Source of the DNA: an uncultured Muribaculaceae bacterium
Lineage (GTDB): Bacteria > Bacillota_I > Bacilli_A > RF39 > UBA660
Reading direction: 5' to 3'
DNA length: 57,045 nt
Assembly: GCA_964486215.1 (NCBI GenBank)
Contig: CAZALI010000005.1
Location: 1-57,045 of the forward strand
This document shows, in pieces, positions 20,054 through 28,242 of this stretch. A program made the position numbers and the translations under genes. Below the pieces are notes generated by a model. It worked only from the letters and a program-made list of their open reading frames with translations, ran no database searches and was not told where the DNA came from. How positions within the stretch are numbered: position 1 is the first letter of the stretch; each line of letters starts with the position of its first letter.

Positions 20054-20266
20054 AAATCTCCTCCTTTTCTTAATGTCTAAGATATTAACACTTTCTTTGA
20101 AACATTAAAAATAGAGGTTTTGTTATTTTAAAAGATTTTTGTTTTATAAAAAAATAATTTCTTTTTAGGAAATTATCTTTTTTATATATCTTTTCTATTC
20201 AATAAAAAAACTTTACTATATTTAGAAAAAGTGGTAAAATAGCTGATTAATTGTGGGGGAGATAGT

Positions 20267-21511
20267 ATGATTTTTTCTAATTATACAATATATGATGGAA
20301 AAGTATATCAAGTGTATTTTGATAAATACAATTTAAAGAATAGATTCTTTGATAAAGACGGGGAAGTTACAGGAGAAGTAGCTTTAGCTTTAAATAAGAA
20401 ATATAATGCACCTAAAAATAATTATTTAAAAGGTAGCGGTAAATTATTAATAGGTATATTATCAGTTGGACTTGTTATAACTGCATTAACTAATATAGAA
20501 TTTGAAGGTAATAGTTTTGATAATACTCCAAAGTATATGTTAAATAATACTTATGAAGGTGGTTCAAATACTGAGGAAGTAGAAGAACCTATAAATATAG
20601 AAAACTTTTATGATGAACTTATTAATAGAAGTGGAGATAATAGTGAATATATATCTTATATGAGAAAGCCCATTAAAGATAATTTAGACTTTTTACAACA
20701 TGATGAATTATTATCTACAATTGATGATTTACAAATAATAGAAGCTGATGAAAGTAGTTTTGCAAATCCTGATATTATAGGTAAATATGAAATATTAGAT
20801 AATAAAATAACTGTTAGAGATAATCTTAGTGATTCTGAAAAATACGATACAATAGTGCATGAATTATTCCATTATTTATCTAGATCTGGTATAAGCGAAG
20901 CTAATGATATGAATGATGGATATCTTGGAGATGGACTTAATGAGGGAATTACGCAGGAATTGGTGAATGAATACTTTTCTAGGAATGATGATATATATCC
21001 AATTGGTGTAGCTTATACTAAAGCTTTAGCTGAGATTGTTGGTAAAGATCTTATACTTGATGCTTATTTCCATGGCGACTTAAATATATTAGAGACCGGT
21101 TTATCTGGTTATGCTGATGAAGATAGTGTTTATATTCTATTAAATAATATAGATCAAGCTACAGCTAATTATGATGATTATATTAATACTCATAGTATAG
21201 ATGATTATGAAAGTCTAATGAATAATAATGAAATGGCTTGGGAAGTTTTAGGAGATATGTACAAACTTTGTTATGGCAAAGATATTGAAGATGATAAATT
21301 AATGTACTTATATAAGAGTGCAACTATGTTAAGAGATGAAAAAAGCAATGTTGATTTTGTTTATATGGGTATTTCTAAGAATTACTTTAATCCAGATAAG
21401 TTAGATCAAGAGAATTATGATGTATATTACTATACTAATTATGGTGAAGTTATCTATGATGAATTTGATGAAAGTAATAGACTTAAAGGTAAGGTAAAAA
21501 AAAGAAACTAA
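20267..21511 (+). CDS. Putative membrane-anchored zinc metallopeptidase (HEXXH)
   Basis: TM at about residues 60-77; VHELFH followed by GLNEGITQ (gluzincin-type third ligand). Confidence 0.75.
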   Translation: MIFSNYTIYDGKVYQVYFDKYNLKNRFFDKDGEVTGEVALALNKKYNAPKNNYLKGSGKLLIGILSVGLVITALTNIEFEGNSFDNTPKYMLNNTYEGGSNTEEVEEPINIENFYDELINRSGDNSEYISYMRKPIKDNLDFLQHDELLSTIDDLQIIEADESSFANPDIIGKYEILDNKITVRDNLSDSEKYDTIVHELFHYLSRSGISEANDMNDGYLGDGLNEGITQELVNEYFSRNDDIYPIGVAYTKALAEIVGKDLILDAYFHGDLNILETGLSGYADEDSVYILLNNIDQATANYDDYINTHSIDDYESLMNNNEMAWEVLGDMYKLCYGKDIEDDKLMYLYKSATMLRDEKSNVDFVYMGISKNYFNPDKLDQENYDVYYYTNYGEVIYDEFDESNRLKGKVKKRN

Positions 21512-21528
21512 TTATTAGTTTCTTTTTT
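21498..21528. terminator. Bidirectional terminator encoded within overlapping convergent gene ends
   Basis: AAAAAAGAAACTAA-tta-TTAGTTTCTTTTTT. Confidence 0.75.
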
Positions 21529-22191
21529 ATTTGTTTCATCAGGATTTTCTCCAGGTTTTATTACTTTGATTCCTACTTGTTTTTCAGTAACTATAACTTT
21601 TCCAGTATATATCTTTTTATTATAAGTTATTGTGTATGAATAGTTACCTGCTTTAGTAGTAGTTACTCCACTTAAGTCTAAGACAAGGTTGTTTCTAATT
21701 TCTTCAGGTAAATTTTCTTTAATATATGAAGATACGTTAGTTGAGATAGCATCTCCAACTTCTAAGTTAATTTCTTTTAATGTTAGAACAAAGTTTGGTA
21801 ATTCTTTAGCTTTAATAGTAAATTTACCAGTATATGTTTTCTTTTTAAATGTAACAGTATATGAATAAACTCCAGCTTCATTAATATTAACCATAGAAGT
21901 ATCTAACTTTAAAGCTTTAATAACACTTTTTTCTAGAGATTCAGGATTTTTTAAATAATCTTTTACATCTACACTTAGTGGATTATTTATTTCTAATTCC
22001 ATGTCTTTTAATTCTATTTCGTTAGCGTTTAATTGAGCTACTTTTTTAGAATTAACATTGACACTATATACTCTTTTAACTACTGTTCTATCTTGAGCAT
22101 TTAAGATTAAACCAGTAATTATAAAAGTAATTCCCCATACGGCAAGTGTAATCGATAAAATTCTTTTTCCTTTTTTATCTATATCTTTCAT
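21508..22191 (-). CDS. Membrane-anchored protein with two Ig-like repeats
   Basis: TM segment followed by the duplicated unit LKx..LE...LDxSxV...AGxYSYTxTxxKKxYTGK. Confidence 0.75.
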   Translation of the reverse strand: MKDIDKKGKRILSITLAVWGITFIITGLILNAQDRTVVKRVYSVNVNSKKVAQLNANEIELKDMELEINNPLSVDVKDYLKNPESLEKSVIKALKLDTSMVNINEAGVYSYTVTFKKKTYTGKFTIKAKELPNFVLTLKEINLEVGDAISTNVSSYIKENLPEEIRNNLVLDLSGVTTTKAGNYSYTITYNKKIYTGKVIVTEKQVGIKVIKPGENPDETNKKETNN

Positions 22192-22274
22192 ATCCTCATC
22201 CTCATTTTGATTATATATAAATTTCCTTATTATGACAAGGTTTTATAGGATATGGAATTGTAAAGATGTAAATG

Positions 22275-23213
22275 TTATAATGATTTTCTTCCTTGATAAG
22301 TATCTCTTTTAACCATTTCTTTATCTATATCATTTAGAACAGTAAATTTCTTTATTAACCAATTTGGCTCTATTAAGTATTCTTTATTTGGATCACCAGT
22401 TATTCTATTAATTACTATATCTTCTCTTAATAGTTCTAACTGATCTACTACAATATCAATATATTCTTCTTTAGTTAAGATACGAAATTTTTCTTTTTGA
22501 TATAACTTTTCTAAAGGAGTATCTTTTGCTACTGACAACATATGTATTTTTATACCTTGAATATCTAAGTTATTAATATATTTTACTGTGTTTAACATAT
22601 CTTCTTTTGTTTCATATGGCAAGCCATTTATTATGTGTACTACGACATTAATATTTCTTTTTCTTAGTTTTTTAACCATATTAGTAAAACAATCTAGTGA
22701 ATGACATCTATTTATTAATTTAGCTGTTTTTTCATTAGTAGTTTGAAGACCTAATTCTACTGTTAGATATGTTCTTTTAGATAAATCTTCTAAATAGTTT
22801 AAACATTCTTCAGTAATAGAGTCTGGACGAGTAGCTATATTTAAGCCAACTACATCTTTTTGTTTTAAGATAGGTTCATATAACTCTTTTAGTTTTTTTA
22901 CTGGTGCATAAGTATTAGTATTAGATTGGAAGTAACCTATATACTTGGCTTTAGGCCACTTATTTAGAAGCATTTCTTTTACTTCGTTAAACTGTGTGAT
23001 AATATCTTTTTTTCTATCTCCACCAAAATCACTAGAACCATTATGACAATAGATACATCCTCCGTATCCTACTGTTCCATCTATATTAGGGCAGGTAAAA
23101 TTACCATTTAAGCTTACTTTAAATACTTTAGAATTAAATTTATGTTTATAAAAATAATCTAAAGTATAATATTTTTTATTTGTATCAGAATATTTAAACA
23201 TTTTACTCTCCAT
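22275..23213 (-). CDS. TIGR01212 (YhcC/YtqA-like) radical SAM protein
   Basis: FTCPNIDGT..GGCIYC, YFQSNTNTY, ATRPD, VELGLQT, GIKIH. Confidence 0.93.
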   Translation of the reverse strand: MESKMFKYSDTNKKYYTLDYFYKHKFNSKVFKVSLNGNFTCPNIDGTVGYGGCIYCHNGSSDFGGDRKKDIITQFNEVKEMLLNKWPKAKYIGYFQSNTNTYAPVKKLKELYEPILKQKDVVGLNIATRPDSITEECLNYLEDLSKRTYLTVELGLQTTNEKTAKLINRCHSLDCFTNMVKKLRKRNINVVVHIINGLPYETKEDMLNTVKYINNLDIQGIKIHMLSVAKDTPLEKLYQKEKFRILTKEEYIDIVVDQLELLREDIVINRITGDPNKEYLIEPNWLIKKFTVLNDIDKEMVKRDTYQGRKSL

Positions 23214-23282
23214 TTACACAAAAAATACGTATATATATCTATTATATCATAGCTGTGTGCTATACTTATAATGGTGAAGTAT

Positions 23283-24422
23283 ATGGCAGTTAAAAAGAAA
23301 TTAAAATTAAAACCTGCGTATATTAATTTACTTAAAACTATAGGTAAAATACTTGGGACTATTTTAGCTATTATTTTAGCTGTCTTCTTATTTTATAGAT
23401 ATGAAATTAATAGTATTAAAAAACTTGGTTATAGTGAAGAAGCTAGTCAACAAATACTATTTAAATTTAAAAAGAAATACGTTAGTAGTATTACTTATAG
23501 TAAGACTTTAGATACAGCATTTAGAAGTAAAGATTTTAGCGAAAAATACATGAAAAAGTACGAACATATTGATTATCATAAAGGTGAACATTTTATTAAG
23601 AATATTAATACATTACTTAGTAAAAAGTATTCATATAATGATATTAATATGATATTTTCTCATGGTAGTGATAACGATGTACTAGAGTTTTCTAAGAGAG
23701 ATAGAGTTAATTATTTAGAAGAGTATTATTCATATGATTTTGCAAAACTAAAAAATTATGATAAGTACGTTAAACATAGTGAAGAATATGGAGAAAATGC
23801 TTATGTTACAGTAGTTAGAGTTAATTTGATGCTTGATGAAGAAGAATATAAGAATCCTATTATTGTGGATAAATTTAAAACTAATATGTTAGTTAATAAG
23901 CATTTTAAGTTAGATGATAAGTTTAAAGTAGAGGAGTTAGTTACTATTCCTAAAGATATGGCTAGTGAAGGTGGATTAAAGCTACAAAAAGAAGCTTTTG
24001 AGGCTTATAAAAAGATGAGTGAAGATGCGACTAAGAATGGCTATTCTCTATATATTAATACAGCTTATAGAAGTCATAGTGATCAACAGAAGTTATGTGA
24101 TTTATATACAAAGACTTATGGTCCAGATTATACTAAAAAATATGTAGCTTATCCAGGATATTCTGAACATGAAACTGGTCTTGCGATAGATGTAGCTAGT
24201 AAGAATAGTAATGTATTCGCTAATTCTAAGGAATATCTTTGGATGATTGATAATGCTTATAAATATGGATATATTCTAAGATATACTAATCAATTCGTTT
24301 CTGATACTGGTTTTAGATCAGAAGCTTGGCATTACAGATATGTTGGTAAAGAGATTAGTAAATATCTTCATGAACATAAAGTATCATTTGAGGAATACTA
24401 TGCAGTATTTATAGATAAGTAA
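23283..24422 (+). CDS. M15 (VanY-like) D,D-/L,D-carboxypeptidase
   Basis: TM segment; TAYRS, PGYSEHETGLAID, EAWHYRYVG. Confidence 0.92.
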   Translation: MAVKKKLKLKPAYINLLKTIGKILGTILAIILAVFLFYRYEINSIKKLGYSEEASQQILFKFKKKYVSSITYSKTLDTAFRSKDFSEKYMKKYEHIDYHKGEHFIKNINTLLSKKYSYNDINMIFSHGSDNDVLEFSKRDRVNYLEEYYSYDFAKLKNYDKYVKHSEEYGENAYVTVVRVNLMLDEEEYKNPIIVDKFKTNMLVNKHFKLDDKFKVEELVTIPKDMASEGGLKLQKEAFEAYKKMSEDATKNGYSLYINTAYRSHSDQQKLCDLYTKTYGPDYTKKYVAYPGYSEHETGLAIDVASKNSNVFANSKEYLWMIDNAYKYGYILRYTNQFVSDTGFRSEAWHYRYVGKEISKYLHEHKVSFEEYYAVFIDK

Positions 24423-24441
24423 AACGGCTTAGCCGTTTTTT
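24421..24441 (+). terminator. Intrinsic terminator
   Basis: AAAACGGC-tta-GCCGTTTT plus T residues. Confidence 0.75.
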
Positions 24442-24514
24442 TGTATTAATTTGGTATTTTTTTTATATAAAAAATATGTTATTATGTTAATAGAATAAAT
24501 GGGAGGGTGTTAGT

Positions 24515-26938
24515 ATGTATCCACTAGGTAAACAATTTGCTTTTAACAGTGATAAAACTAAGAGTGATACTAAGACAATAATTTCAGGTAGTCATTATCG
24601 TATTTCTGTTATATCTGAAATGATTGTTAGACTTGAGTACTCTCCTACAGATACTTTTAATGATAAACCAACACAATTAATAAGAAAGAGGAATATTGGT
24701 ATTCCTGATTTTTCTGTTAAACAAGATGAAAATATTATAGAGTTATCTACTAGATATTTTACTTTAGTATATGTTAAAGGACAGCCTTTTGTTGGGACTG
24801 GATTAGATCCAATGAAGCATTTAAAGATAACTTTAAATAGTAGAGAAGCTGATAGACAAAAAGATTGGTTCTATGGCCATGCTGAAGCTAGAAACTTAGG
24901 TGGTAATATTGTCAGTACTGATATAAATGTTCCAGCTAATATTCAAAAAGGTTTATACTCTTTAGATGGTTTTGCTTCTATAGATGATTCTCTTAGTAAG
25001 GTTATTATGGAAGATGGTACTTTAGCTGATCCGGTTAAAGGTAATATTGACATATATGTCTTTATGTATGATAAGGACTTTAAACAAGCTTTATTTGATT
25101 ATTTTAAGATGACTGGTACACCTTCACTAATTCCTAGATATGCTTTAGGTAATTGGTGGAGTAGAAATACTAATTATAACGATAAGAGTTTAAGAGAATT
25201 AGTTAGATCTTTTGAGAAAGAGAGAATACCTCTATCAGTAATATTACTTGATAATGATTGGCATATTAGAAATATAGGTAATTATAGAGACTTAAAAGAT
25301 GGCTTTACTTTTAATAATAATTTGATTAGAAATCCTAAACAAACGATAGAAGAATTACATAAGAAAGGAATTAGATTAGGATTAGTAGTTGATCCTGATG
25401 AAGGTTTTTATCCTCATGAAGCTTTTTATAAACAAGCAAGTGAAGCTTTAAAAATATCTAATTCTAGTATTATTAAATTTGATCCGCTTAATCCAAAATT
25501 ATTAGATGTTTATTTTAAGATGTTCTTACATCCACTTGAGAGTATAGGTGTAGATTTCTTCTGGAATGATTCTAAAGCTTCTATGGATTTGACTAAACTT
25601 TGGGCATTACAACATTACATGTACTATGATTCAGGTAGAAATACTGAGAAACGTGGTATGTTACTATCTAGAAGTGGTTGTAGTGCTCCTCATAGATATG
25701 GGGTTTTATATGGTGGCTCTAGTGAGATTAGTTGGGCTGCGCTTAAGAATTTACCATTTAGGTATTTGAATGCAGCAAATATAGGAGTTAGTTGGTGGAG
25801 TCATGATGTAGGTGGTAATCATGGTGGTATAGAAGATGATGATTTATACATTAGGCATCTACAATTAGGAGTTTTTTCTCCAATCCTTCGTTTTCATGGA
25901 GCTCGTGGTATTTATTATAAAAAAGAGCCTTGGCTTTGGGATGCGAAGACTAGTTCTATTTCAGCTAGATATTTAAGACTTAGACATAGATTAATTCCAT
26001 ATATTTATACTGAAGCTTATAATTATACAAGAGCTGGTATTACTCTTATTCAACCATTTTATTATAATTATATGTGGACTTATGATGATTCTTTATATAG
26101 AAATCAATACTATTTTGGTTCACAATTATTAGTATGCCCTATACTAGAAAAACGTGATGAGACAATGAAACGTACTATTCATAGATTCTTTATACCAGAT
26201 GGTATTTGGTATGATTTTATGACTGGTAAAAAATTCTTAGGTAACAAGAAATATGTTTCTTTCTTTAAAGATGAAGATTATCCTGTATTTGCTCATGCTG
26301 GTAGTATTATTCCTCTATCTAATAAGAGTGATTATAATAATACAGAGTTGCCAACTGATTTAGAAATTCAAATATTCCCAGGAGTTAGTAATAACTATAC
26401 ATTATTTGAAGACGATGGAATATCTTCTCTATATAAAGATGGCTATTACTTAAAAACTTCTATTGATTATAACTATTTAAAAAATAACTATACTGTTATT
26501 ATTAGAAGTATTGATGGTAAGAGTGGTATAGTTCCTGCTAAAAGAAATTATAAGATGGTATTTAGAAATACTCGTGAAGCAGATGATGTTACTGTTTTCT
26601 TTAATAGTGATAAGATTGATAAGATGGAAACTTATGTTGATGGTAATGACTTCGTAGTTGAACTTGAAAATATTCCTACTGTTGGTCAATTAACTATTAA
26701 TTGTAAAGGTAAAGATATAGAAATAGATGCAGCTAGAATTATGAATGATGATGTTAGTAGTATTTTACTAGATTTAAAGATAGATACATATTTAAAAGAG
26801 GAAGTCGCAGATATTATGTTTGCGAATGAACCTATTAGTAAGAAGAGAGTATCTATACGTAAGATGAAATCAAAAGGATTATCTAGAGAGTATATTAACT
26901 TATTCTTAAAATTACTTGAATACTTATCTGATGTATAG
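24515..26938 (+). CDS. Glycoside hydrolase family 31-like protein, possibly catalytically altered
   Basis: PRYALGNWWSR, LDNDWH, GVDFFWND, WSHDVGG, FSPILRFH, RHRLIPYIYT, NQYYFG. Confidence 0.88.
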   Translation: MYPLGKQFAFNSDKTKSDTKTIISGSHYRISVISEMIVRLEYSPTDTFNDKPTQLIRKRNIGIPDFSVKQDENIIELSTRYFTLVYVKGQPFVGTGLDPMKHLKITLNSREADRQKDWFYGHAEARNLGGNIVSTDINVPANIQKGLYSLDGFASIDDSLSKVIMEDGTLADPVKGNIDIYVFMYDKDFKQALFDYFKMTGTPSLIPRYALGNWWSRNTNYNDKSLRELVRSFEKERIPLSVILLDNDWHIRNIGNYRDLKDGFTFNNNLIRNPKQTIEELHKKGIRLGLVVDPDEGFYPHEAFYKQASEALKISNSSIIKFDPLNPKLLDVYFKMFLHPLESIGVDFFWNDSKASMDLTKLWALQHYMYYDSGRNTEKRGMLLSRSGCSAPHRYGVLYGGSSEISWAALKNLPFRYLNAANIGVSWWSHDVGGNHGGIEDDDLYIRHLQLGVFSPILRFHGARGIYYKKEPWLWDAKTSSISARYLRLRHRLIPYIYTEAYNYTRAGITLIQPFYYNYMWTYDDSLYRNQYYFGSQLLVCPILEKRDETMKRTIHRFFIPDGIWYDFMTGKKFLGNKKYVSFFKDEDYPVFAHAGSIIPLSNKSDYNNTELPTDLEIQIFPGVSNNYTLFEDDGISSLYKDGYYLKTSIDYNYLKNNYTVIIRSIDGKSGIVPAKRNYKMVFRNTREADDVTVFFNSDKIDKMETYVDGNDFVVELENIPTVGQLTINCKGKDIEIDAARIMNDDVSSILLDLKIDTYLKEEVADIMFANEPISKKRVSIRKMKSKGLSREYINLFLKLLEYLSDV

Positions 26939-26946
26939 GAGGTTGT

Positions 26947-27654
26947 ATGGTTAACTGTAAGAAAATAAAAGATGATGCTATATTAAGATATATGAGTGAA
27001 GTAGACTTTGATGGTGATCCTAATGAGGTTATTTTACTTCATCTATCTAATGGTGATTTAAACGATATATATACTGATAGTATTATTAATAAATTAGAAG
27101 ATAAAGATAGAGAAGAATTACTTAATACAGTAAACAAATATACATATTTATGTTTTAAAGATGGGGATTATTTAAAGTATACTAAGTCTGTTGATACTCC
27201 TATAAATGATAAAGATGTTAAATTTGGTTTAATATTAGATAATTATGAATTCTTAGTAAAACTTGCTTATAAGAATTTAGATATTGTGAAAGAATTAAAT
27301 AAGTTTAAAAATAATAGTGAATTTAATAAGACTAGTGTTATTAATACAATTAGATTTAAATTTAATGATGATAATAAGTTAATTGATAGTATGACTAATT
27401 TTATTAATACTGATAAGTTATATAATATATTTAAAGACGATGATAGAGCTTATATATATTTAAATCCAAATGCTTTGTATGATAAAGGTAAAATGAGAAC
27501 TTCTTTAGATTTAGCTGTTAGAATATATAACTATTCTAATAAAAAGAGATTATCTAGTAACGATGTATTAAATAAGAAAGAATTATTTGATGAAGTTTGT
27601 GATTTTATAAATTCTCGTCGTTGTAATATTAAACAAATAATAGAAAAAATATAA
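26947..27654 (+). CDS. Hypothetical protein, probably co-transcribed with the GH31 gene
   Basis: 235-aa ORF with an AGGAGG RBS; no motif recognised. Confidence 0.75.
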   Translation: MVNCKKIKDDAILRYMSEVDFDGDPNEVILLHLSNGDLNDIYTDSIINKLEDKDREELLNTVNKYTYLCFKDGDYLKYTKSVDTPINDKDVKFGLILDNYEFLVKLAYKNLDIVKELNKFKNNSEFNKTSVINTIRFKFNDDNKLIDSMTNFINTDKLYNIFKDDDRAYIYLNPNALYDKGKMRTSLDLAVRIYNYSNKKRLSSNDVLNKKELFDEVCDFINSRRCNIKQIIEKI

Positions 27655-27661
27655 TAAAACG

Positions 27662-27690
27662 TTGAAATTTAAAGATATTAATACTATAAT
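27662..27690 (+). promoter_or_regulatory. Sigma-A promoter of the leuS leader
   Basis: TTGAAA-17 nt-TATAAT. Confidence 0.7.
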
Positions 27691-27696
27691 AAGTGA

Positions 27697-27887
27697 TATC
27701 TTAAATATATTATTAGTAGTAGTAATATGGATTTTTATTGAAGAGATCTTATGGTTGGTGGAAATAAGAATAAAAGAAATATGAACTTGACTAATGGATG
27801 GATATATTCGTTACTCGCGTTAAGAGATATGAGAAGTAATTAAGGTGGTACCACGATGATTTTCGTCCTTAGGTAGCACTTTTTTTA
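27697..27887 (+). promoter_or_regulatory. T-box riboswitch (Leu; specifier probably CUU at 27786-27788)
   Basis: AGTA, AGAGA, GGTTGGTGGAA, GAA-CTT-G, GCGTTA, AAGGTGGTACCACG...TCGTCCTT. Confidence 0.93.
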
Positions 27888-27897
27888 TGGAGGAAAT

Positions 27898-28242
27898 ATG
27901 ATAGAAGAGATAGTGTTATTTGTACTGACATTTTTATTTTTACTTATAATATATGAATTAGTTATAGTTAGAAGAGCTAAAAAAGATAAGAATAAAATGC
28001 CTGCAGAAATACTTTATTTAAGTAAAAAGTATAATTTAGATGTAGAAAAGATTAACTATAATCAATTATTACAAGTAGTTGCGATTGTATCATCTCTTGA
28101 TATGGCAATAGTTGTATCTATAATGTCGATTGTTAAAAATACTATAATAGCTATTCTTGGAGGTTTTGTATTACTAATGATATTAATAGTAATTAGTTAT
28201 AGCTTTGTAGGTAAGATGTATAAGAAAGAAGGTAAAAAATGA
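27898..28242 (+). CDS. Small membrane protein (three TM segments) coupled to leuS
   Basis: Hydrophobic 114-aa ORF with a GGAGG RBS; ATGA overlap with leuS. Confidence 0.8.
   Translation: MIEEIVLFVLTFLFLLIIYELVIVRRAKKDKNKMPAEILYLSKKYNLDVEKINYNQLLQVVAIVSSLDMAIVVSIMSIVKNTIIAILGGFVLLMILIVISYSFVGKMYKKEGKK

Noticed and set aside
20054-20266. AT-rich spacer as a replication origin or sRNA
   Set aside because: No DnaA boxes or stable structure seen; consistent with divergent promoters.
23283-24422. VanY-like gene as vancomycin resistance
   Set aside because: No van ligase or regulator nearby; M15 carboxypeptidases are ordinary cell-wall enzymes.
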